From Macrostomum lignano (lineage: Eukaryota), in NCBI GenBank assembly GCA_002269645.1, contig NIVC01000616.1:124001-188000 (forward strand): a stretch of 64,000 bases of DNA. The letters are read 5' to 3'. The notes below the pieces were generated by a model. It did no database searches, was not told the origin of the DNA, and saw only the letters and a list, made by a program, of their open reading frames with translations. A program made the translations under genes and the position numbers. Of this stretch, positions 37,589 to 50,655 are shown piece after piece (position 1 is the stretch's first letter; every line of letters starts with the position of its first letter).

Positions 37589-37790
37589 GGCAGGGCAGCT
37601 CGGTGGTTGATAAGTCGGACTCTCGTGCCCACGACCCCAGGTTCGATTCCGTTCGCGGCCACATCCATTGTGGATTCACACTCATGAGAGCCAACCCTTG
37701 CGCACAGAGACTGTACATCCATGATAACAAGAAAGTCAGAGCCCTGAGTTAGCGTGTACATGAGCACCCTTCTACTGCAGGCATAGTACA
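37589..37790 (+). mobile_element. Second tRNA-derived SINE-like sequence
   Basis: A-box-like GCTCGGTGGTTG and B-box GGTTCGATTCC without a closed acceptor stem; 3' extent uncertain. Confidence 0.45.
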
Positions 37791-38368
37791 GTACAGTATT
37801 TGCGCACTTGTTTGTGCTCATGCTCAGGAATCAGTGGACTCCTGACGAATTCAGATTTTCGATAACGCTAGGCATACAGAAAATTGCGTTACGAGTATGG
37901 GGGATATCAAGGCTGAGAGGCACTTCGAGCACTCACCGAATTAGCGAATACAGTCGAATTCAAAGCAGAATTTCTGAATCGAAAACTTCCTACCAGTTCA
38001 GCACTGGCAAAAGAAATAAAGTAGCTCGACTTAATATCCTTGAGGTGTGGGCGAAAATCCTTAAACTGCTTGCGCTTTTGTATTGGTTGGAGCAAAGCAG
38101 CTGGCTTTAGTTCCTTCTTAAAGGAATAATCATTTATGCGTCATATCTATTCAAGGAAAAAAATAAGGAACCTCTTAGTTCCTTATTTCAAAGATCTAAA
38201 ACTTTTCTCACTTCCTGATACTAATATTACGATTAGCTAAGTAAACAAGAAAGTTCTCCTTAAGAGTGCTAATAATAAACCTCGATCGTATTTTGGAGCT
38301 GATGATAATACTACTTAATAATACTATAGAAAATAACTACTTAAAGAAATTATGAGAATCAAACAAAT

Positions 38369-38376
38369 AAAAAAAA
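38369..38376 (-). terminator. Pol III T-run terminator of tRNA-Asn
   Basis: T8 on the minus strand about 10 nt after the tRNA 3' end. Confidence 0.7.
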
Positions 38377-38385
38377 CTATTACTT

Positions 38386-38402
38386 CGCCCCCGGGTGGGC
38401 TC

Positions 38403-38439
<37 letters not shown>

Positions 38440-38459
38440 GCCGATTGCGCCACGGAGGC
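38386..38459 (-). tRNA. tRNA-Asn(GTT): tRNA-Asn (anticodon GTT)
   Basis: GCCTCCGTGGCGCAATCGGCTAGCGCGTTCGGCTGTTAACCGAAAGGTTGGTGGTTCGAGCCCACCCGGGGGCG; 74 nt, 7-bp acceptor stem, canonical D, anticodon and T arms. Confidence 0.97.
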
Positions 38460-39663
38460 TCCCGAAGGGGGGTCGTTTGGTAATCAATTTTCCGTGTGTG
38501 CTCAAATTCTTTGAGCTCATTTGAATGCGTACGTTCTGAGAAATTCACGCATTTGAACTTGCATGTACATAATTACATAGTTACACTTGCATTCTATTTT
38601 CTAGTCGAGATAAGGGGTGTATTTCACTGCAACCTACAGTTCACTGCCTGTCTCTGCATTGCTGCACACTCCTAGCTCTCACCTATTGCTTCAGCTATGG
38701 TACTGTAGCACATTTTAAACCATATCCCATAGGACTCTTTTCGACGCCTCGTTGTAGGATGCTTTTCCTGTGTCATTTCTTTTCCCGATTCCCATGAAAA
38801 ACTACACCTGTTGAAGAAAACCCTGATAATATTTCAGATCTTGCCAGCAAGAGCACCGGTTTCACGGACTCAAGCGGGACTAAGCACTGCTTGCTTGAGT
38901 TCCCATGGAAAAATGCATGAGAGCAAAATCCTCATTAGCTGCGGAATGCTTCCAGCAACTCAAGTTTCTGTCACAAAAATCTGACTAGTAAACGCTTAAT
39001 TGCGCACCTGCTGCGCTGCTGTTCCTTTGTTTAACGAAGACTCTTTTTACCTCTCTTACTTGCCAATGCAAGCACGTTACCCCTGGAGGCAGCCGCAACC
39101 CAAAAGCTCTAAGAATAGCTGAAGAAAACGAAGCACTAGAAATCTTATGGAATGCATCAATTATTAACAATAGCTTTTCCTGCGGTCTAATCAAGCTTTG
39201 AGCCAGTTAGACTTGCCCTTCCACGAGAAAATACCTTCCCCCTTGCGTGACAGTCAAAGTTTTGGTTGTCAATCGATGAATAATCAATCAGACAATGAGT
39301 CAATGCTATGCAGATGCCGAATCTCTTCTGAAGCTGAACTGACGTGGCAAAAATTTATTGTTTGCGTATTATAATAAAACCGAACACGCAGATTCGAGAA
39401 GAGGACAGGACAGTAGAGGGCTCAGAAGGCAAATAAAACCTGTCAGGACGTGACTTGATAGACGTTGAAGGCTTCATAGAGTCTGCATTACTAAGTTAAT
39501 TTGAACCGACTTCGTGTCTTTAAATTTCGCTCCCAGAAAGTAATTAGAAATATTGACTGGTGGTGTACTATGCTATGCTTATTATTCCGACTATTTAGTA
39601 GTCAGTTGTCTTTAAAAACGATGCATATCGGTCATCATATTTTGCTCGTGCAGTTTCCATTAG

Positions 39664-41052
39664 TCAAGGGACGAGCGGCCTCAACAAAAACACACAAAAA
39701 ATGGCTACGGTGATCAAGCAGCCGATGATAGCCATCAGTCGTTCCAAGGCGACCGCAGCGATCTGCCAGTCCGAGCGTCGCTCTCCGGAAGCCGCCGCGG
39801 GTACCTCATTGGCGTCGAATTTCCTGACCTCAGTGTCGCAGCTTTGCGTCTCTTCCTGCTGCGGCTCCGTTCTGCCGTCCGATCGCCGACTGCAGAGCAG
39901 CAGACGTCCGAAGATTTTCACGAAGACAAAGTGGAGACACGACGGCATCGGCTGGGACTCCGGAGCGAAGTGGAATCGAATGACAACGGAGGTGAGCAGC
40001 AGAGACACAGTCGAAAGCACCATGGCCGCCGTGATGAAGGAGGCCACGGCCGGCATCGACTGCGACTTGGGCAGCAGGCCGTCCAGCAGCAGCAGAAACA
40101 CAGTGTAGCTCAGCATGATGGAGATGCCGAAGCTCATCTTCTCGCCGGACTCCACAGGCACAAAGAACACCAGTACCTGGAGCAGCGTGAGCAGCAGCAG
40201 GGGAGTCACCACGTTCAGCATATAGTAGGTGGACACTCGCTCGATCTCCACACGCATCACATAGGTTGACAGAGGAATTTTCGGCTGGCCTTTGAAAACT
40301 TCATAGAGACGGTAGCTCGCAAAGGTGCTTATGTTTAGCAGATTCCATTCGTTATTCTCACCAAAACCGGCAACTTCGTTGTACTCCATAGTTGGAGGCA
40401 GCAGAGGATGTCCCTTCTTCAGAGAAATGCTGTCCAGCGCGCGGCCTTGGTCGGAAGCGTACAGCTCCATGTCACAGACATGCCGATCAAACGGAAAGCG
40501 ACTCATGTCGAAGCGGCAGGTGAACTCAAGCTCCTTTACCCAGGCGACTGACATCAGGGACTTGCTGGGCGACACGGATGTAATGTAGGACGGGCACTGA
40601 GGACTCAGCAGCATGTTGTCACCCATGCCGTTGTAGACAAACAAGAGCGGATACCAGGTCTGGCCCATGTCCCAGTCCAACACGGTGACGTTGCCGAACT
40701 TCTCTGGCTCCCAGGTGAGTCGTTCTTCGAACCAATGTGCGTATACTACAACAGAAACTCCAATGCTCTGCTTGGAGCTGTCCACGGACACTATCTGACC
40801 GAGCATTGTCACCAAAGACACATTCAATTTCTGTTTCGGATTCAGAATGGGTCTCAGTGACGGACTAAAGTTCGTGATGTTGCTTTTCAGATACTGCAGC
40901 AATTCGAATTGGAAATCTCTGGCAGCATCTCCAGATTGAAATTCTGTACTTAGGATAGAGACTATCACAAACAAGAACAATATCTTTTGTTGGGATAGCA
41001 TGCTGTTTCTTAATTGAGAACTACCAAACGATAGAATAAGACGGGAATTCAT
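39664..41052 (-). CDS. Cys-loop ligand-gated ion channel, nAChR-like non-alpha subunit
   Basis: Signal-like ILFLFVIVSIL, Cys loop CRFDMSRFPFDRHVC, M1-M3 with GEKMSFGISIML, short M3-M4 loop, M4 IAAVALERLM. No vicinal CC. The real start is likely M at 41001, or a mini-exon 41650-41637 (ATGTTCCTCTATCG|GTAAG) spliced to 41002. Confidence 0.9.
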   Translation of the reverse strand: MNSRLILSFGSSQLRNSMLSQQKILFLFVIVSILSTEFQSGDAARDFQFELLQYLKSNITNFSPSLRPILNPKQKLNVSLVTMLGQIVSVDSSKQSIGVSVVVYAHWFEERLTWEPEKFGNVTVLDWDMGQTWYPLLFVYNGMGDNMLLSPQCPSYITSVSPSKSLMSVAWVKELEFTCRFDMSRFPFDRHVCDMELYASDQGRALDSISLKKGHPLLPPTMEYNEVAGFGENNEWNLLNISTFASYRLYEVFKGQPKIPLSTYVMRVEIERVSTYYMLNVVTPLLLLTLLQVLVFFVPVESGEKMSFGISIMLSYTVFLLLLDGLLPKSQSMPAVASFITAAMVLSTVSLLLTSVVIRFHFAPESQPMPSCLHFVFVKIFGRLLLCSRRSDGRTEPQQEETQSCDTEVRKFDANEVPAAASGERRSDWQIAAVALERLMAIIGCLITVAIFCVFLLRPLVP

Positions 41053-41255
41053 TAAAGAGGCATGAGCGCTTTCGTTTATATGAGTTAACTCCGTCCCCAG
41101 TATCGCTTCATCTCCCGTCCAATCAGCGATGTCTAAAAACTAAGAATAGGATGGCTAACGTTTGAAAGCTACTGACCGTCGATCCCGGTGCAAACTAGCT
41201 GCGCTGACTACAATTTTATAAGTTTGAGGGCGGACAGTGGCTTTTGTGGAAGAGA

Positions 41256-41553
<298 letters not shown>

Positions 41554-43369
41554 AAAGAGACTTGTAAGTCTAAGGAATATACGAGCTAACTAAATACTCA
41601 AATAGAATAAATTCAGACCCGATGCGAAGTACTTACCGATAGAGGAACATCGCCGACCTGGTGGAAGAGATTTGACAGCAGATCCTCTAATAAAACAGGG
41701 TCAAGGCATGATGGGTTGACGAGGCTGCGGGATGATGGACTGGGACCAGGGTAGATTCATGTCTGAGACTGGAATTCGAGGCTAAAAGCAGATATTGCTT
41801 TTTGTTTAAATTACAATCAATTGTTAGTTTGTTTTCAGGCCTGCGCTCCCAACCATTCTGCGCCTCCAGTTCGCCCATGAATTCGGTCGACCATACGAAG
41901 GGTTCAAAATTTTGGGAAAATGGTCATATCATTTTCTCAACGTAGCCTCCGACCTGCTGATCCATCAGCAGAGTCGCCACTGGACACTAATATAAAATTT
42001 GATCGAGGTGGACCTTCTCGCTGGACTTCGAAATGAGTAGACTGAAAGAGTGGCCTCTTGAGCTGGTGAAATGGCCACTCTGACCTAAGGGCTGGGAGCT
42101 GAAATCGACGCATAACTGAGTTCAAAGATCCTTAGCGCAATGTTTAATTAACACCGGAGTTTCTTGGAAGCTACCATCTTCAATTCTGACCGCTCAGCGC
42201 AATCGGACGAAAAAATCTCCTATGCAAAATCTTTCGTTTGTTGAGAGTCTCTCAGATCGGCCATGGCTTAACTACTCATAGTTGAGGTCTTTGCTAAATC
42301 CTCGAACGCAGCAGGCCGGGAGTCCCATTTGGTTAACTGGGATTTATTCAAGTGTTCTTCTGCTCAGATGACTGACTGGTGGTGGCTATGGCCTCTAACG
42401 TAATACCTTCATACACAGTGGCGACTCTGTCAGACTCAAAGCTACGAGTACATATATATACCATGCGCGCACATAAAGGCATGCAGCTGTAGCGTTGCTT
42501 GGAGATTACGTCATAATAATGTAACACCAGTAATTGGCGCTCGGACTACCACTAAACTACGATTCTTTTTCATTGCATGTACAATTAATTGTGCAACTGC
42601 AAGAGGCGTAAGCATAGCTATAGCACCCACTTGAAGCCAAAACGTGCCATTATAACATCAATCGGCGACACCATCGGCAGATAAATCTCCAATTAATAGG
42701 GAGACATATTGAAATCCTTTTCCTATATACTAAAAATGAGTTGTTTGTTTGTACGCAATCGATTAGAGAAATCCTATATACTAAAAATGAAATGTCTGTA
42801 ACTAACTAGCTATGCGATAGATTTCAGAAAAAATGGCTCAACCGATTTTCTTCAAACTTGCACCATTCGATCAGAAATTTTCCTGGGACGGTACATGCAT
42901 CTTGGCTAAAAAATTGCTCAATGATAAAGGGATTAAATATTCGAAAAACATGCTTTTTTGCAAAGGTCAAGCAGCTCTTTCGACCTAAAATTCATTGTAA
43001 GAATGCTAGAGAAAAAAACTGACTGGCTGAATTCTGATTGTCATAAAGATTGCATCACAACAAGTTGAAAACAGTGCCGAAGAAATGCACACACGACTTG
43101 ATTAAAATTGCGTAACCAATATTGCTAACTTGAACTGAGACTGATACTGGCTGACTGAGAAATTGATTATGTCATAACTTTTTACCCCAATTGACTTGCT
43201 GTAAGAATTTAATTATAAGGGCCACAATTCATGTACTCCAATTGAAAAGAGATAGCCTAGATACGAACAGACTGGACTGCCAACGTAGCGACCTGGGTTC
43301 GAATCTTAGTAGTGCAAAATAATTTTTTTATAAAACACCTTGAAAACACGAAACTGCTAAACATAAAAA

Positions 43370-45062
43370 AGCACAATGTCAAACATAAAAGAGGCACCAT
43401 GTCAAACATTACATGGGCACCATGTAAAACAAATACGTGACTCTATGTCAAACATTAAAGAGCCACCATGTGAAACATTAAAGAGTCACCATTTCGAACA
43501 TTAAAGAGCCACCACGTCGAACATTAAAGTGCCACCATGTCAAACGTAAAAGAGCCACCATGAAGAACATTAAAGAGCCACCATGCCAAACATAAAAGAG
43601 CCACTATGTCGAACATTAAAGAGCTAGCATGTCAAACATTAAAGAGCCACCATGTCGAACATTAAAGAGCCACCATTTCGAACATAAAAGAGCCGCCATG
43701 TAAAACATTAAAGAGCCACATTGTCAAACATAAAAGAGCCACCATGTAAGACATTTAAGAGCCATCATGTGAAACATTTAAGAGCCACCATGTCGAACAT
43801 AAAAGAGCTACCATGTCAAACCTAAAAGAGCCACCATGTCAAACCTAAAAGAGCCACCATGTCGAACATAAAAGAGCTACCATGTCAAACCTAAAAGAGC
43901 CACCATGTCGAACATAAACGAACCTTTATGTCGTACATTAAAGAGCCACCATGTCAAACATTAAAGAGCCACCATGTCAAACATAAAAGAGCCACAATGT
44001 CAAACATAGAAGAGCCACAATGTCAGATATTAAAAAGCCACCGTATCAAACATAAAAGAGTTACCATGTAGAACAAAAAAGATCCACCATGTCGAACATA
44101 AAAGAGCCACCATGTCAAGCATAAAAGAGCCACCATGTCAAACATTAAAGAGCCACCATGTCGAACATTAAAGAGCCACCATGTCAAGCATAAAAGAGCC
44201 ACCATGTCAAACATTAAAGAGCCATGTCAAACACTAAAGAGCCAACATGTCGAACATAAAAGAGCCACCATGTCAAACATTAAAGAGCCACCATGTCAGA
44301 CATTAAAGAGCCACCATGTCAAACATTAAAGAGCCACCATATCGAACACTAAAGAGCCACCATGTCAAACATATGTGACTCCATGTCGAATATATACGTG
44401 CCTCCATGTCACACATAAAAGGGCCACCATGTAAAACATATACATATGACTACATAACAAACATTAAACAGCCCACCATGTCGAACATTAAAGAGCCATC
44501 ATGTCAAACATAAAAGAGCCACCATGTCAAACATTAAAGAGCCACCATGTCAGACATTAAAGAGCCACTATGTCAAACATAAAAGAGCCACCATGTCAAA
44601 CATTAAAGAGCCACCATATCGAACACTAAAGAGCCACCATGTCAAACATATGTGACTCCATGTCAAATATATACGTGACTCCATGTCACACATAAAAGAG
44701 CCACCATGTAAAACATATACATATGACTACATAACAAACATTAAACAGCCACCATGTCGAACATTAAAGAGCCATCATGTCAAACATAAAAGAGCCACCA
44801 TGTCATAAATTAAAGACCCACCATGTCAAACATTAAAGAGCCACCATGTCAAACATTAAAGAGCCACCATGTCAAACATTAAAGAGCCACATGTCGAACA
44901 TAAAAGAGCCACTTTGTCAAACATCTACGAGTCACCATGTCAAGCGTATACATGACTCCATTTCAGACATTAAAGTGCTACCATGTCAAACATAAAAGAG
45001 CCACCAGCTCAAACATTAAAGAGCCACCATGTCAGACACAAAACAGCTACCATGTCAAACAT
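43370..45062. repeat. 23-bp satellite ATGTCAAACATTAAAGAGCCACC
   Basis: Period 23 (43951, 43974). Confidence 0.95.
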
Positions 45063-45065
45063 AAA

Positions 45066-46150
45066 TGGGGTGCCTACTATCTTGGAGTGCTTGCTATCTG
45101 GAGATGCGTGCTATCTGGGGGTGCTTGCTATCTGGGGGGATGCTTGCTATCTTGGGGGTTCTAGCTATCTGGGGGTGCTTGCTATTAGGTGGATGCTTGC
45201 TATCTGGGGTGCCTGCTATCTTGGAGTGCTTGCTATCTGGAGATGCGTGCTATCTGGGGGTGCTTGCTATCTGGGGGTGCTTGCTATCTGGGGGTGCTTG
45301 CTATCTAAGGGTGCTTGCTATTAGGTGGATGCTTGCTATCTTGGGGTGCTTGCTATTAGGTGGATGCTTGCTATCTGGGGTGCCTGCTATCTGGGGGTGC
45401 TTGCTATCTAGAGATGCTTGCTACTTGGGGTGCTTGCTATCTGGGGGTGCTTGCTATCTGGGGGTGCTTGCTATCTAAGGGTGCTTGCTATTAGGTGGAT
45501 GCTTGCTATCTTGGGGTGCTTGCTATTAGGTGGATGCTTGCTATCTAGAGATGCTTGCTATCTGGGGGTGCTTGCTATCTGGGGGTGCTTGCTATCTGGG
45601 GGTGCTTGCTATTAGGTGGATGCTTGCTATCTGGGGGTGCTTGCTATTAGGTGGATGCTTGCTATCTGGGGGTGCTTGCTATTAGGTGGATGCTTGCTAT
45701 CTGGGGGTGCTTGCTATCTGGAGATGCTTGCTATCTGGGGGTGCTTGCTATCTGGGGGTGCTTGCTATCTAAGGGTGCTTGCTATTAGGTGGATGCTTGC
45801 TATCTTGGGGTGCTTGCTATTAGGTGGATGCTTGCTATCTGGGGTGCCTGCTATCTGGGGGTGCTTGCTATCTAGAGATGCTTGCTACTTGGGGTGCTTG
45901 CTATCTGGGGGTGCTTGCTATCTAAGGGTGCTTGCTATTAGGTGGATGCTTGCTATCTTGGGGTGCTTGCTATTAGGTGGATGCTTGCTATCTGGGGTGC
46001 CTGCTATCTGGGGGTGCTTGCTATCTGGAGATGCTTGCCTTGCTATCCAAGGGTGCTTGCTATCTGGGGATGCTTGCTATCTAAGGGTGCTTGCTATTAG
46101 GTGGATGCTTGCTATCTGGGGGTGCTTGCTATCTGGGGGGTTGCTTGCTG
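45066..46150. repeat. 17-bp satellite TGCTTGCTATCTGGGGG
   Basis: Period 17 (45261, 45278). Confidence 0.95.
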
Positions 46151-46974
46151 TCCTGGGATATTTTTTTGCATTGCACTTCATTTGAGCAGTTTTTCTATTG
46201 TCTATGTGAAGGCTTTATTTGGCCGTCTTTTTGATACTTGTAGAGTGCCAGAGATTCTATCTAGATGCCCCCCATCGGGGGGCGAAGATTGCTAGTCCAT
46301 ATACTAAAAATGGTCTGTCGGTATGTGTGTGTGTGTATGTGTGTGTGTATGATCGATTTTAGCAAAAACGGCTCAACCGATTTTCTTCGAACTTGCACTG
46401 TTCGATCAGAAATTTTCCCGTGACAGTACATGCATCGTGGCTAAGAAATTGCTTGATGCTAAAGGGATTAAATATTCGAAAAACATGCTTTTTTGCAAAG
46501 GTCAAGCAGCTCTTTCGACTTGAAATGCATCGTAAGAATGCTAGCAGAAAAACTGACTGGTTGAATTCTGATTCTGAAATAGATTGCATCACAATACACT
46601 TTATTTATCGTCTGTGTACTGGCTGAATTTGACACTCAATTGAATTGCGTCACAGCTTTGAGTGTGAAAGCATAGCGCAGTACTGAATTTATATTTCGTA
46701 ACCATATTGTAAACTTTCATAGACACTGGTACTGACTTGCCTAAGAAATTGATTATGTCATAACTGCTTCGTGAGACTTTTTACTCTACCTGACTTGGTG
46801 TGAGTGTTGAATTATATAAGTGGTACAACATCACTGATAACTTCGATGAGAGCTAGCCTAGAGCTGAACAGACCAGACTGCTAATGCAGCGACCTAGGTT
46901 CGAATCTAAGTAGTTTAAAAGTAGTAGTGTAATTTTTTTATTAAAAGGTTTTATTAAAGGACTAAATAAAAACA

Positions 46975-49880
46975 CTTAGATTACTGCACTCGATAAGCCA
47001 AGGATTATTGCTATTAATAAACCAAGGACTACTGCACTCGATAAACCAAGGACTATTGCTCTTGGCAAACCAAGGATTACTGCACTCAAGAAGCCAAGGA
47101 TTATTGCTATTAATAAACCAAGGATTACTGCACTTGGAAAACCAAGGATTACTGCACTCGATAAACCAAGGACTATTGCTCTTGGCAAACCAAGGATTAC
47201 TGCACTCAAGAAGCCAAGGATTATTGCACTTGGAAAACCAAGGATTACTGCACTCGATAAACCAAGGACTATTGCTCTTGGCAAACCAAGGATTACTGCA
47301 CTCAAGAAGCCAAGGATTATTGCTATTAATAAACCAAGGATTACTGCACTTGGAAAACCAAGGATTACTGCACTCGATAAACCAAGGACTATTGCTCTTG
47401 GCAAACCAAGGATTACTGCACTCAAGAAGCCAAGGATTATTGCACTTGGAAAACCAAGGATTACTGCACTCGATAAACCAAGGACTATTGCTCTTGGCAA
47501 ACCAAGGATTACTGCACTCAAGAAGCCAAGGATTATTGCTATTAATAAACCAAGGATTACTGCACTTGGAAAACCAAGGATTACTGCACTCGATAAACCA
47601 AGGACTATTGCTCTTGGCAATACTGCACTCAAGAAGCCAAGGATTATTGCACTTGGAAAACCAAGGATTACTGCACTCGATAAACCAAGGACTATTGCAC
47701 TTGATAAACCAAGGAATATTGCACTTGATAGGCCAAGGATTACTGCACTTGATAAACCAAGGATTATTGCACTTGATAGGCCAAAGATTACTGCGCTTGA
47801 TAAACCAAGGATTATTGCACTTGATAAACCAAGGATTATTGCACTTGATAAGCCAAGGATTACTGCGCTTGATAAACCAAGGATTATTGCACTTGATAAA
47901 CAAAGGATTATTGCACTTGATAAACAAAGGATTATTGCACTTGATAAACAAAGGATTATTGCACTTGATAAACCAAGGATTATTGCACTTGATAAGCCAA
48001 GGATTATTGCACTTGATAAGCCATGGATTATTGCACTTGATAGTAAAGAATGTTGCACTTGATAAGCCAAGGATTAATGCACTGGATTATTCAAGGATTA
48101 TTGATATTAATAAACCAAGGACTACTCCACTCGATAAACCAAGGATTATTGCTCTTAATAAACCAAGGATTACTGCACTTGGAAAACTAAGGATTACTGC
48201 ACTCGATAAACCAAAGACTATTGCACTTGATAAACCAAGGATTATTGCACTTGATAGGCCAAGGATTACTGCACTTGATAAACCAAGGATTATTGCACTT
48301 GATAGGCCAAAAATTACTGCGCTTGATAAACCAAGGATTATTGCACTTGATAAACCAAGGATTATTGCACTTGATAAGCCAAGGATTATTGCACTTGATA
48401 AGCCATGGATTATTGCACTTGATAGTAAAGAATGTTGCACTTGATAAGCCAAGGATTAATGCACTTGATAAGCCAAGGATTATTGCACTTGATAAACCAA
48501 TGATTATTGCAGTTGATAAGCCAAGGATTATTGCATCTGATAAACCAAAGATTATTGCACTTGATAAACCAAGGATTATTGCACTTGATAAGCCAAGGAT
48601 TATTGCACTTGATAAACCAATGATTATTGCAGTTGATAAGCCAAGGATTATTGCATCTGATAAACCAAAGATTATTGCACTTGATAAACCAAGGATTATT
48701 GCACTTGATAAACAAAGGATTATTGCACTTGATAGGCCAAAGATTACTGCGCTTGATAAACCAAGGATTATTGCACTTGATAAACCAAGGATTATTGCAC
48801 TTGATAAGCCAAGGATTATTGCACTTGATAAACCAAGGATTATTGCAGTTGATAAGCCAAGGATTATTGCATCTGATAAACCAAGGATTATTGCACTTGA
48901 TAAACCAAGGATTATTGCACTTGATAAACCAAGGATTATTGCACTTGATAAACCAAGGATTATTGCTCTTGGCAAACCAAGGATTACTGCACTCGATAAG
49001 CCAAGGATTATTGCTCTTAATAAACCAAGGATTACTGCACTTGGAAAACTAAGGATTACTGCACTCGATAAACTAAGGATTATTGCTCTTGGCAAACCAA
49101 GGATTATTGCACTTGATAGGCCAAGGATTACTGCACTTGATAAACCAAGGATTATTGCACTTGATAAACCAAGGATTATTGCACTTGATAAGCCAAGGAT
49201 TATTGCACTTGATAGGCCAAGGATTACTGCGCTTGATAAACCAAGGATTATTGCACTTGATAAACCAAGGATTATTGCACTTGATAAGCCAAGGATTATT
49301 GCACTTGATAAACCAAGGATTATTACACTTGATAAACCAAGGATTATTGCACTTGATAAACCAAGGATTATTGCACTTGATAGGCCAAGGATTACTGCAC
49401 TTGATAAACCAAGGATTATTGCACTTGATAGGCCAAAGATTACTGCGCTTGATAAACCAAGGATTATTGCAGTTGATAAGCCAAGGATTATTGCACTTGA
49501 TAAACCAAGGATTATTTCACTTGATAAACCAAGGATTATTGCACTTGATAAACAAATATTGCACTTGATAAACCAAGGATTATTGCACCTGATAAGCCAA
49601 GGATTACTGCGCTAGATAAACCAAGGATTATTGCACTTAATAAACCAAGGATTATTGCACTTAATAAACCAAGGATTATTGCACTTGATAAACCAAGGAT
49701 TATTGCACTTGATAAACAAAGGATTATTGCACTTGATAAACCAAGGATTATTGCACTTTATAAGCCAAAGATTACTGCACTTGATAAACCAAGGATTATT
49801 GCACTTGATAAACCAAGGATTATTGCACTTGATTAATCAAGGATTATTGCTATTAATAAACCAAGGATTATTGCACTAGC
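46975..49880. repeat. 24-bp satellite GCACTTGATAAACCAAGGATTATT
   Basis: Period 24 (48481, 48505); source of several spurious long ORFs. Confidence 0.95.
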
Positions 49881-50009
49881 TGAGAAGCTGATTACTGCGC
49901 TGTCTAAAAAAGAGATTATTGCGCTTGCTGAGACGTGGATTGTTGCACAACCTGAGAAAGCGATTATTGCATTAGCGGAAGTAACATTTGCACTAGCTAC
50001 TTGCTGTCT

Positions 50010-50410
50010 CGTGGATGCTTGCTCTCGAGGGGGGATACTTGCTATTTGGGAGAGGGGGTACTGGCTACATGCATGGGATTCTTTCTATCCAGGGATGCTT
50101 GCTATTCAGGGATTCTTGCTATCTGCAGGATGCTTGCTATTTAGGGATTCTTGCTATCTGCAGGATGCTTGCTATCTGGGTGGATGCTTCTATAATATCT
50201 GGGGGGTGCTTGCTATCTGCAGGATGCTTCTATAATATCTGGGGGTGCTTGCTATCTGCAGAATGCTTGCTATCTGGGTGGATGCTTCTATAATATCTGG
50301 GGGGTGCTTGCTAATCTGCAGATGCTTGCTATCTGTGGTGATTCTTGCTATGAGCATTAGAGGATGCTTGCTATCTGCGATTGTTCACTTTTGGAGGGGG
50401 TTGCTTGCTG
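50010..50410. repeat. Degenerate TGCTTGCTATCT satellite, related to 45066-46150
   Basis: Recurring GATGCTTGCTATCTG. Confidence 0.85.
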
Positions 50411-50655
50411 TCTTGGGAATATTTTCTATTTAGGGAAACGATATTTTGTTGACTGTTTGTTAATTTTAGAGAAAAAGTGATTTTTTAATTTTGCAAACAT
50501 CTTAGTCCGTGACAATTTTACACGAATAAGGTGATTTTTAAAATGTGAAGAAGGAATTAGTGTTTAAGAAAATGTGTTTTTTTATTGTTTTCCATGAACT
50601 ATTTTTGCTCCTTTCTTATTGGGCGCCCCGAAGGGGGGCCGCACTAGATTGCTAG

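Larger units (their letters stand above)
42721..46295 (+). mobile_element. Helitron-like unit 1 (satellite-bearing)
   Basis: 5' TCCTATATACTAAAAATGA, duplicated at 42721 and 42772. 3' hairpin GCCCCCC-ATC-GGGGGGC (46267-46283), then GATTGCTAG. Confidence 0.75.
46296..50655 (+). mobile_element. Helitron-like unit 2
   Basis: Starts TCCATATACTAAAAATGG directly after CTAG of unit 1. About 600-bp head homologous to units 1 and 3. GC hairpin 50622-50640, then GATTGCTAG. Confidence 0.75.

Noticed and set aside
43250-43315. tRNA gene (also at about 46852, 51163 and in the SINE heads)
   Set aside because: B-box-like motif only, no complete cloverleaf; part of repeated elements.
44937-50433. Long ORFs up to 478 aa, such as (ALDKPRII)n and (LHLINQGL)n
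   Set aside because: The 24-bp satellite stays open in several frames on both strands; it lies inside Helitron-like units and has no gene signals.
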